Positions 1-6,077 of a DNA stretch of 6,079 nucleotides are shown here, in pieces. The notes below the pieces were generated by a model that had not been told where the DNA came from, did not search any database, and saw nothing but the letters and a program-made list of their open reading frames with translations. Position 1 is the first letter of the stretch; the number at the start of each line of letters is the position of its first letter. This DNA is from Paramicrosporidium saccamoebae KSL3 (lineage: Eukaryota > Fungi > Cryptomycota): assembly GCA_002794465.1 (NCBI GenBank), contig MTSL01000077.1:1-6079 (forward strand), given 5' to 3'. Position numbers and translations under genes: made by a program.

Positions 1-11
1 CCCCCCCCCCC
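1..11. repeat. Poly-C homopolymer (at least 11 nt, may extend beyond the window)
   Basis: Seen directly: 11 consecutive C at the window start. Confidence 0.9.
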
Positions 12-100
12 TAATAGTATCATTATTCGCCTGTCAAGTCCAATTCGGGGTCAGTAGTAATGCCGCCCTTATTGGGCCCCAACCGGGCTCCCAATCCCCA

Positions 101-406
101 ATGCAATTTACAGCGTTCTTTCTGCTACTTGCATCTACTGTAGCAACGGCCAGCCAAATATCTGTTACTGCACCTATGGAAGGCAAAGTAGTTGAATTGA
201 TTGTCCAGGTTAACCAAATTGTAACGTACGGGCAACCTCTGGTGAAGCTTGAAGTAATGAAGCTGGAACAGGTTATTTGCTTGGGGGATGGTGCTGAAAC
301 AGGAAAATGGTATAGAGTCACCGGACTAAGGAATCTGAATGGAATTGCGGAAACCGGCTCCGTGGTAGCCATCTTGGAACCGGCTGAGCGAAAAGCCTAC
401 TCCTAG
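101..406 (+). CDS. Small protein (101 aa): putative signal peptide plus biotinyl-attachment (biotin/lipoyl barrel-sandwich) domain with intact acceptor lysine
   Basis: Residues 22-59, VTAPMEGKVVELIVQVNQIVTYGQPLVKLEVMKLEQVI, match the biotinyl-domain pattern AP(M)xGxV...V..G..V..GQ.L..LEAMKME. Pro25 sits 29 residues before Lys54 (codon 260-262), the same spacing as in the Propionibacterium 1.3S biotinyl subunit. The N-terminus MQFTAFFLLLASTVATA is uncharged and hydrophobic with an A-x-A site. It is paralogous to 569..868. Caveat: the frame is open (without ATG) back to the window start. Confidence 0.8.
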   Translation: MQFTAFFLLLASTVATASQISVTAPMEGKVVELIVQVNQIVTYGQPLVKLEVMKLEQVICLGDGAETGKWYRVTGLRNLNGIAETGSVVAILEPAERKAYS

Positions 407-568
407 TCCGTTTACAATACAGCAATTCGATAAGGATATCACTACATTTTAATCGTAGCCACACCGATGCTACCGAATATCAGTTAGATAATTCACGGGG
501 AATAAATACTTGATAGTTAGAGCCCTCGTTCAAGTATGGATATTCTCAGTTACTAGGGTGCAGTCTTT

Positions 569-868
569 ATGCAGCTTGCGACGCTCTTGTCGGTTTTTTT
601 TTCGGCTGCGGCAATGGCCAGTAAAATTGAGCTCAGAGCCAATCGCTCAGGACAAATTACTGTCTATCTAGTCAAGATTGGCGAAATACTAAAACCTGGA
701 CAAATGGTAATGTTGTATCGGGACTTGGATTCAAACAGTGGATCGTATGTGATGCGTTTTCGCCGTAAGGTAGAGGAAGGCGTTGCCTATAAAGTTACGG
801 GACTTTTGCCAGTGGGCTCCTTGATTGAGATGGACACTGTTGTAGCACGCCTAGAACCAATGACATGA
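569..868 (+). CDS. Small protein (99 aa): putative signal peptide plus degenerate biotinyl-like domain lacking the acceptor lysine; paralog of 101..406
   Basis: Gap-free alignment with ORF 101..406 over residues 1-54 (shared M1 Q2 S12 A15 A17 S18 I20 A24 G28 V35 I40 G44 Q45). Shared C-terminal block E.G..Y.VTGL.......E...VVA.LEP. About 27 identities by hand. In-frame TAG at 554-556 fixes the ATG. Position 54 is Asp, not Lys. Confidence 0.75.
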   Translation: MQLATLLSVFFSAAAMASKIELRANRSGQITVYLVKIGEILKPGQMVMLYRDLDSNSGSYVMRFRRKVEEGVAYKVTGLLPVGSLIEMDTVVARLEPMT

Positions 869-1088
869 TCAAGAACGCTTCTAGTCAACCAAGCATGCAA
901 AAATAAGGAAGCTTGACCATGGCGTTCGGACATTGCCGATTATTTACCCGTTTGATTATAGATGAATTGTGAAACTATTAGAACCGGTGTTTAGTAACGC
1001 TGACTCATTAAAAGTATTTGATAACATTGCCATGTGTGTAGAGACCCTTTGTTGAAATCCCTGGTCCGTGTATATACTTTCTCTCACC

Positions 1089-1664
1089 ATGCAGCTCAGA
1101 TTGATTAGGACATTCCATGCCTCGCGATTAGCCCTCAGCCGCTGGACGGGGGCAGAAGATGCAACGATAATGGCAAAGTATGAAGAACTTGGCCCGGCAT
1201 GGACGGTCCTCTCCCTATCTGTGCCTAGCCGCTCTCCCATTGAATGCCGTCGCCGCTGGCTGACCCTCAATGGTGCTATGACAAATCTCCCTGAAACAGA
1301 CCGCCGGCTGGTCTACAACGACGGATACGAACTCCACAACGGACGACTCATCAAAATTCCAATGGAGCGAATCTCGGCGGGGCCGTTTGCCAAATTGGTG
1401 GCGATGGTGAAGCCGGTGCGGTTTCGGAGAGACCGGAAGCGGGGTGGCTGGAGCAAGGAAGAGATTATGGCGGTGCAGGAAGGGGTGGAGCAATACGGAC
1501 CGAGATGGAATTTCATTGCAGCAAAGTTGCAGTATCGCACTGGACGACAGTGCAGGAACATGATGCAGAGCAGGTTTATTTCATGGGGCCGACACCTAGT
1601 CAGATCAAAGCTCCCACTGGTGGAGGAGGGTAAAGGCAGCGAGCTATTAGAGCAAACATCCTGA
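1089..1664 (+). CDS. Myb/SANT-domain protein (191 aa) with two separated Myb repeats and a putative mitochondrial presequence
   Basis: Repeat 1 (from W19, codon 1143): WTGAEDATIMAKYEELGPAWTVLSLSVPSRSPIECRRRW, W-x18-W-x18-W. Repeat 2 (from W121, codon 1449): WSKEEIMAVQEGVEQYGPRWNFIAAKLQYRTGRQCRNMM. Start placed at ATG 1089 (cacc-ATG); the track start at 1068 is GTG. Confidence 0.85.
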   Translation: MQLRLIRTFHASRLALSRWTGAEDATIMAKYEELGPAWTVLSLSVPSRSPIECRRRWLTLNGAMTNLPETDRRLVYNDGYELHNGRLIKIPMERISAGPFAKLVAMVKPVRFRRDRKRGGWSKEEIMAVQEGVEQYGPRWNFIAAKLQYRTGRQCRNMMQSRFISWGRHLVRSKLPLVEEGKGSELLEQTS

Positions 1665-1764
1665 ATATTATTAAAGGTGTCATTATGGTCTTTGGATGGG
1701 GTACGTCTTATTAAAGTATATGGTATATGGAGTACCACTCTCAACACACTAGGCCGTAGGATAG

Positions 1765-1772
1765 TATAAATA
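1765..1772 (+). promoter_or_regulatory. TATA-box-like element TATAAATA
   Basis: Consensus match in the Myb-GlnRS intergenic region; function not demonstrated. Confidence 0.25.
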
Positions 1773-1832
1773 TCTGCGCTGGTGTGACGTAGAGGCAGAG
1801 GATTGATTAGTTGGGTATGTGGCGTAAAGGGT

Positions 1833-1840
1833 TGATTGGT
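1833..1840 (-). promoter_or_regulatory. CCAAT-box-like element (ACCAATCA on the minus strand)
   Basis: TGATTGGT on plus. The same octamer recurs at 1987-1994 and 4630-4637, and GCCAATCA at 4689-4696, all outside confident CDSs. CCAATCA is the NF-Y/Hap consensus core. Confidence 0.35.
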
Positions 1841-1897
1841 TTGGAAAAGACCTAGTTGCTGGTTATTTGAGGACTATTACTATACCACTTGGGAGAC

Positions 1898-1905
1898 TAT
1901 AAAAG
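1898..1905 (+). promoter_or_regulatory. TATA-box-like element TATAAAAG
   Basis: Canonical TATA consensus 360 nt upstream of the GlnRS ATG; sequence match only. Confidence 0.35.
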
Positions 1906-1980
1906 GGCTATTGGATTAAAAATGAACGGGTTCTCTTCTCGCCTGACAGTCCATACTATTTATCCCCACTACGCGACACT

Positions 1981-2006
1981 GGGATCACCAATCATAAGCA
2001 GATACT
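1981..2006 (+). repeat. 26-bp dispersed direct repeat, copy 1 (GGGATCACCAATCATAAGCAGATACT)
   Basis: 24/26 identical to 4624..4649; both differences are transitions. Contains ACCAATCA. Confidence 0.9.
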
Positions 2007-2190
2007 TTTTAGTAGTTTTTATGCGGTCGCACATGTAAATACATTCATCCATGTCGATCAGTTTTAACTGACACTGCAGTGGGTTTCACTACTTTAGTAA
2101 CCAAAGAAATGCCTCTCGTCTTTACTTGCCGAGATGATTCGTTGGGACTGGGTGACTAATAGTTGATTCATACCAGGGATTGAGACGAGC

Positions 2191-2242
2191 TCATAGTGCC
2201 TTGTCGTAGTGCCTTGTCGTAGCACCTTGTCATAGTAGCTTG
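2191..2242 (+). repeat. 13-bp tandem repeat, 4 copies (consensus TCRTAGTGCCTTG)
   Basis: TCATAGTGCCTTG / TCGTAGTGCCTTG / TCGTAGCACCTTG / TCATAGTAGCTTG. A degenerate fifth unit at 2243-2255 ends in CTTG. Confidence 0.9.
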
Positions 2243-2257
2243 GATAGACCACTTGCC

Positions 2258-4561
2258 ATGGACGTTGAAGAACTGGCGACACTATTTGGTCGGGTTGGAA
2301 TTGAAGCCAACAAGGCCACAGAGACGGCAAAGAATAAGAAACTCGCAAAGAACTTTGAAGAGGCCATCCACGAGGCGGGCTGCGCACAAGGCACCGACCG
2401 TCCAGTGGGACTGCTTCTGTACACTTTGGCCGCCACCTGTCCCGCCAACGCGCTAAAACACCGCGCATACATTGCAGGACGAGTTGCTGCACGTGATTTA
2501 AAGAGCGAGGACCAGTTGCAAGCGGCATACAAATTTGTGGCGGCACTCCCCGAAGAGAATCCCATCGACAAGACGTCCTTTGATGCGGCTTGTGGAGTGG
2601 GAGTAAAGGTTTCCGAGGAGACGGTGCGTAATGCAGTGGAAATGGCAGTGGAGACGCATCGAGAGGGACTGTTGAGGGACCGTTATGCCTACAATATGGC
2701 GACAATTATGAAGTCACTGCGGGGACACGAAGACTTGCGCTGGGCAGACAAAAAACTGATGAAAGAGTTGGTGGATGCGCGTGTTGCCGACCTGCTGGGA
2801 CCGCGGGACAGTGAAGAGGAAATCCGAAAACGCAAACGTGAAAGCAATTGCGCCTCCCCCACCACTGCCGAGGCGGGAGTAAGGATGTTTGTGGGCGAAG
2901 TGGCGCAGCTGCATCGTCCCGGGGAGAATCCTCAGATCAGCGAAGAGATTCGCCAGAAACATTTGCAGGCGACGGGTGGAAAGGTGGTGACGCGTTTCCC
3001 TCCCGAGCCAAACGGATTTCTGCACATTGGCCACGCCAAGGCCATTAATCTCAACTTTCGTTATGCTGAGGCACACGGCGGTCAGTGTTATTTGCGCTTT
3101 GACGACACAAATCCGGAAGCCGAAGAGCCGCGATACTATGAGGCAATCAAATCAAATGTGGAATGGTTGGGCTTTACTCCCTACAAGATGACAGCCGCAT
3201 CTGACTACTTCCAGGAACTATATGAGTGCGCTCTGACACTGATCCAAAAGGGCAGGGCATATGTCTGTCATATGAACCAGGAGGACATTTCTCTTAGTCG
3301 TGGTGGCGCTGATGGAAAAGGCGCCCGTTATAACAGTCCATGGCGTGAACGCAGTGTGGAGGAAAATTTGGCTGAGTTTGAAAAAATGCGTAGTGGCCAG
3401 TACGAAGAGGGTGCTGCCTGTCTGCGTCTGAAACAGGACATGCAAAGCGGAAATCCATTCATGTGGGACTTGGTGGCATATCGTGTGCTGCGTCATCCGC
3501 ATTGTCGCACAGGCACCACATGGTGCATCTATCCAATGTACGACTTTACGCATTGTCTGTGTGACTCGTTGGAGAATATTACCCACTCAATGTGCACCAC
3601 TGAATTCATCAATGCTCGCGAGGCCTATTATTGGGTCTGTGACAATGTGGAAGTCTACAAGGCGGTGCAATGGGAATATGGCCGTCTGAACATTACCAAC
3701 ACCGTCTTGTCCAAACGCAAACTGACTAAGCTGGTTGACGCAGGAATCATTAGTAGTTGGGATGATCCACGTGTGTACACTTTGGCTGCTCTGCGTCGTC
3801 GCGGCTTTACTCCCCGCGCCATCAACGCCTTTGTGGAGGAGATTGGTGTCACTACGGCCTTTAGCGTTGTCGATGTGAAAAAGTTGGAGGCTCATGTCCG
3901 CGACGACCTCAACAAGTCCACGTTGCGTCGCATGGCGATCCTGGATCCGCTTCTCGTCAAAATTACCAACTTGGCAGATGACTTTGAAGAGTTACTTTCC
4001 ATTCCCAATGACCCCCGAGATCTTGCCAAGGGCGACTCGCTCCTTCCTCTTACTAATCAGCTGTACATTGATCGCAGCGACTTTCGCACAGAGGACGATC
4101 CCAACTTTTTCCGTCTCACCCCCAATCAGGCCGTGGGCATTTATCGCGTCGGTGTCCTCTCCTGCACACGCTACGAGACGGATGCTGATGGCAAGGTGAC
4201 GCTTATTGAGGGTACCATCAATCGCGCCGATGACGCTCCCAAGCCAAAGACCTTTATCACCTGGGTGCCCCTCTCTGAAAAGTACAATTCGCCCCTCAAG
4301 GCCGAGATCCGTCTGTATTCGGCCCTCTTCAAGTCGCGCAACCCCGATAATGCTCCAGGCGGCTATTTGAATGATGTCAATCCCCAATCTTTGACCATCA
4401 TTGAGGAGGCGTTGGTGGATCCGCGTCTCACTGACGCCCACGTCGAGGACAAGTTCCAGTTCCAGCGTGTCGGCTACTTTTGTGTTGATCCCGACTCTAC
4501 TGACAAGAAGCTCGTCTTCAACTTGACCGTCTCCATCAAGGAGGATCCCAACAAGAATTAG
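2258..4561 (+). CDS. GLN4: Glutaminyl-tRNA synthetase, eukaryotic cytosolic type (767 aa, no introns)
   Basis: Class I motif PPEPNGFLHIGHAKA (HIGH at 3023-3034), RFDDTNPE, the KMSKS-equivalent VLSKRKL (about 3704-3724), and C-terminal FQFQRVGYFCVDPDS. The eukaryote-specific N-terminal extension MDVEELATLFGRVGIEANKATETAKNKKL resembles the start of yeast Gln4. ATG at 2258 has good context (gccATGg); the track start at 2240 is TTG. Confidence 0.97.
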   Translation: MDVEELATLFGRVGIEANKATETAKNKKLAKNFEEAIHEAGCAQGTDRPVGLLLYTLAATCPANALKHRAYIAGRVAARDLKSEDQLQAAYKFVAALPEENPIDKTSFDAACGVGVKVSEETVRNAVEMAVETHREGLLRDRYAYNMATIMKSLRGHEDLRWADKKLMKELVDARVADLLGPRDSEEEIRKRKRESNCASPTTAEAGVRMFVGEVAQLHRPGENPQISEEIRQKHLQATGGKVVTRFPPEPNGFLHIGHAKAINLNFRYAEAHGGQCYLRFDDTNPEAEEPRYYEAIKSNVEWLGFTPYKMTAASDYFQELYECALTLIQKGRAYVCHMNQEDISLSRGGADGKGARYNSPWRERSVEENLAEFEKMRSGQYEEGAACLRLKQDMQSGNPFMWDLVAYRVLRHPHCRTGTTWCIYPMYDFTHCLCDSLENITHSMCTTEFINAREAYYWVCDNVEVYKAVQWEYGRLNITNTVLSKRKLTKLVDAGIISSWDDPRVYTLAALRRRGFTPRAINAFVEEIGVTTAFSVVDVKKLEAHVRDDLNKSTLRRMAILDPLLVKITNLADDFEELLSIPNDPRDLAKGDSLLPLTNQLYIDRSDFRTEDDPNFFRLTPNQAVGIYRVGVLSCTRYETDADGKVTLIEGTINRADDAPKPKTFITWVPLSEKYNSPLKAEIRLYSALFKSRNPDNAPGGYLNDVNPQSLTIIEEALVDPRLTDAHVEDKFQFQRVGYFCVDPDSTDKKLVFNLTVSIKEDPNKN

Positions 4562-4623
4562 AGCAATTAATACATTTACGAGTCTGTGAGTTAAAAGTAA
4601 CCTACTAACGCCTGTGTGGGATA

Positions 4624-4649
4624 GGGACCACCAATCATAAGCGGATACT
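4624..4649 (+). repeat. 26-bp dispersed direct repeat, copy 2 (GGGACCACCAATCATAAGCGGATACT)
   Basis: 24/26 identical to 1981..2006. Starts 63 nt after the GlnRS stop codon. Confidence 0.9.
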
Positions 4650-4688
4650 GTCTAATAGGGTCTGTTTCGCCCATGGTCAATTGAACTG

Positions 4689-4747
4689 GCCAATCAATGA
4701 TTCTATTCAACGACGGGGGCCATTCATTCCTGATAGATATATATATC
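4689..4747 (+). promoter_or_regulatory. Putative promoter: GCCAATCA box plus palindromic AT tract GATATATATATC
   Basis: GCCAATCA at 4689-4696 and GATATATATATC at 4736-4747, followed 30 nt later by acc-ATG at 4778. Confidence 0.35.
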
Positions 4748-4777
4748 TTGAAGTATCTACTCCACACACATCCTACC

Positions 4778-5386
4778 ATGATGGATATTAGCACGGTCAA
4801 TGATCGTTCTAGGAATGACTCGCAAAAACGACAGGAGAATGTCAGCACAGTGTACGAACTTTGCTGGATTCTTCACATTCACATCCTTTTACTTCCCCTG
4901 CTTTTCCCAGTAAATAAGGCTGAATGGTTTTCATATCGGACACCAATTGGGCTCACAACACTATTTTTCATCCTCCTGGCGATCCTTAAATATCGCGCAG
5001 CGCCTCATAAGAAAACATGCAAATCACCAAGCATTGATAGTGGTGGCAAACACACAAATAGCTTAGGGAGATGTCTGCAAAGGATCTTTTACTGTGAAAC
5101 AAAAATGACTCCTTGTAGCAATCCCCTTCTCGCTAGTCTCTGGAGAGTGCTGGGGTATCATGTTGTGTGTAAGCTCTTTCCCCAGCGTATTGTTTACGTT
5201 TACTTTGCAGTGGCCTGGTTCTCTTATGTTGTCCAGCCTTTCCTGTCTGGATTTCTCGGCGAATACTTTGGGCGAAAGGACGATTTGGTCTACAACGGTC
5301 GGCGTTTTAAAGTTATCCTTTCCGGAGCCCATTATTCCACGATTCAGGATGAGAATCAGGACATTTTGTATTACCCCAGATATTGA
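4778..5386 (+). CDS. Hypothetical membrane protein (202 aa; 229 aa if started at 4697)
   Basis: Long open frame with three hydrophobic stretches (LCWILHIHILLLPLLFPV; IGLTTLFFILLAILKY; IVYVYFAVAWFSYVVQPFLSGFL). No family recognised. Start 4778 is preferred because of its Kozak-like context downstream of the CCAAT and AT elements. Confidence 0.4.
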   Translation: MMDISTVNDRSRNDSQKRQENVSTVYELCWILHIHILLLPLLFPVNKAEWFSYRTPIGLTTLFFILLAILKYRAAPHKKTCKSPSIDSGGKHTNSLGRCLQRIFYCETKMTPCSNPLLASLWRVLGYHVVCKLFPQRIVYVYFAVAWFSYVVQPFLSGFLGEYFGRKDDLVYNGRRFKVILSGAHYSTIQDENQDILYYPRY

Positions 5387-5540
5387 CCTTTGTCGACTGG
5401 TCGCATCTCAAAGTTTGTAGATAGCATTTCAATAAACCCATGAACAATGGTTGCCTTACTCTTTATTTAAACCAAAATCGTAGCCTTTATCCATAGTCCC
5501 AAGCCATGTGAGCTTACAATACTTTTATACCATTACTAGT

Positions 5541-5605
5541 ATCTTCAAAGCGGGGACACATGGTAATTCAGCCGCCCGATCGCCATGTATCCTCGCTTTG
5601 AAAAT
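5541..5605. repeat. Inverted repeat / hairpin: 23-bp arms, 19-nt spacer
   Basis: Left arm 5541-5563 ATCTTCAAAGCGGGGACACATGG versus reverse complement of 5583-5605, ATTTTCAAAGCGAGGATACATGG: 20/23 identical. Confidence 0.85.
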
Positions 5606-5966
5606 TCAACTGTGAATGCTGACGCGGTCAAAGCAAACCTGACGGGACGAAGCTGTCCATTATGTGAATTGGTAGGTGAGGCCCATTCTAATGATTTCAA
5701 GAGCTTGCTCAGATAATCCTATCCCGATAGATGAAAGTTGGATAAGGTGGTCCCCAGAACCAGAAAACATTCATCGCGATACGTGATCAGTCCGGTCCAG
5801 GTTATTGCAAATAGTATGGCTCTCACCGCCGAACGAAACAAAGACAAATATAATGGGCACGACTGAAAAGGTTAATGGCTGCTTTCCCAACTTCACTCGG
5901 CTCTATTTCACACCATACCAAGAACGTGTAGAAGACGGCATAGGTGATAATACACGACAAGTACAT
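5545..5966 (-). pseudogene. Probable disrupted copy of a small hydrophobic-protein gene, paralogous to the fragment at 5997..6079
   Basis: Minus-strand frame 5871 to 5545 is open except for one TAG (5721-5719). That TAG aligns with CAG (Gln) in the neighbouring copy: SNFH--LSG*DYLSKLLKSLEW versus SNFRDSLPGQERLNRILKPLEW. The 5' boundary relies on an inferred intron 5918 to 5863. Confidence 0.35.
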
Positions 5967-5996
5967 TAAACCTCGACCTGTCCCTGAAAGCTCCCT

Positions 5997-6077
5997 CTAC
6001 TCGGGCGCTATCCATTCTAGAGGCTTTAAGATTCTGTTTAGCCGCTCCTGTCCCGGTAGGGAGTCTCGGAAGTTGGA
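5997..6077 (-). CDS. Possible 3' end of a gene entering from beyond the window (...SNFRDSLPGQERLNRILKPLEWIAPE*)
   Basis: Only 26 codons are visible. Support is codon-level conservation with 5683..5742 (synonymous pairs CTA/CTG, TTA/TTG, AAG/AAA, CTA/TTA). It could also be a pseudogene fragment. Confidence 0.3.
   Translation of the reverse strand, partial: SNFRDSLPGQERLNRILKPLEWIAPE

Noticed and set aside
101-406. Lipoyl domain or glycine-cleavage H-protein call
   Set aside because: The lysine context is MK, typical of biotinyl domains, not the DKA/SVKA contexts of lipoyl domains and H-proteins.
404-568. The two biotinyl-like ORFs are in the same frame with no TGA between them (possible fusion by read-through)
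   Set aside because: Five further in-frame TAA/TAG codons lie in the 54-codon spacer, and copy 2 has its own leader peptide. Same frame occurs one time in three by chance.
1922-2038. 38-codon ORF (MNGFSSRLTVHTIYPHY...) after the TATA box
   Set aside because: Short, no recognisable motif, and the ATG is very close to the TATA box. No support as a gene.
2115-2133. Small hairpin with loop GTCTTTAC resembling U5 snRNA loop 1
   Set aside because: It does not match the invariant GCCUUUUAC, the stem is only 4 bp, and no Sm site was identified.
2191-2242. CRISPR array
   Set aside because: The units are contiguous 13-mers without spacers, there are no cas genes, and the context is eukaryotic.
1068-2257. 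Track starts at GTG 1068 and TTG 2240
   Set aside because: The sequence is eukaryotic, and nearby in-frame ATGs (1089, 2258) have good context and match the expected N-termini.
2094-4441. Multiple antisense and alternate-frame ORFs overlapping GlnRS (e.g. 2094..2705, 3218..3586, 3992..4441), and similar ones over the Myb and biotinyl genes
   Set aside because: No recognisable motifs. They are expected shadow ORFs of GC-rich coding sequence.
5514-5716. Divergent micro-ORFs MCPRFED... (minus, 15 aa) and MYPRFEN... (plus, 43 aa, with CPLC)
   Set aside because: Their similarity is a by-product of the inverted repeat. There is no independent coding evidence.
2258-5721. TAG/TAA reassigned to Gln (as in some aphelids and ciliates), suggested by the TAG/CAG alignment near a GlnRS gene
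   Set aside because: The 767-codon GlnRS has no internal TAA/TAG and ends at TAG exactly where homologs end. ORF 101..406 also ends at TAG close to its paralog's end. A single C-to-T nonsense change is simpler.
1944-5825. CCATACTATTT shared by 1951-1961 (+) and 5809-5819 (-), and GGGACCACC shared by 4624 (+) and about 5746-5754 (-), hinting at one dispersed relic family
   Set aside because: Several exact 9-11-mer matches are expected by chance in 6 kb on two strands, and the extensions are too weak. Worth rechecking only if the 26-mer proves to be a repeat family.
5760-6077. Resemblance to Sec62 motifs (AVRAILFAITW; KPLEW)
   Set aside because: The diagnostic FW.FPNL..D.G...SF segment is absent and the spacing does not fit.
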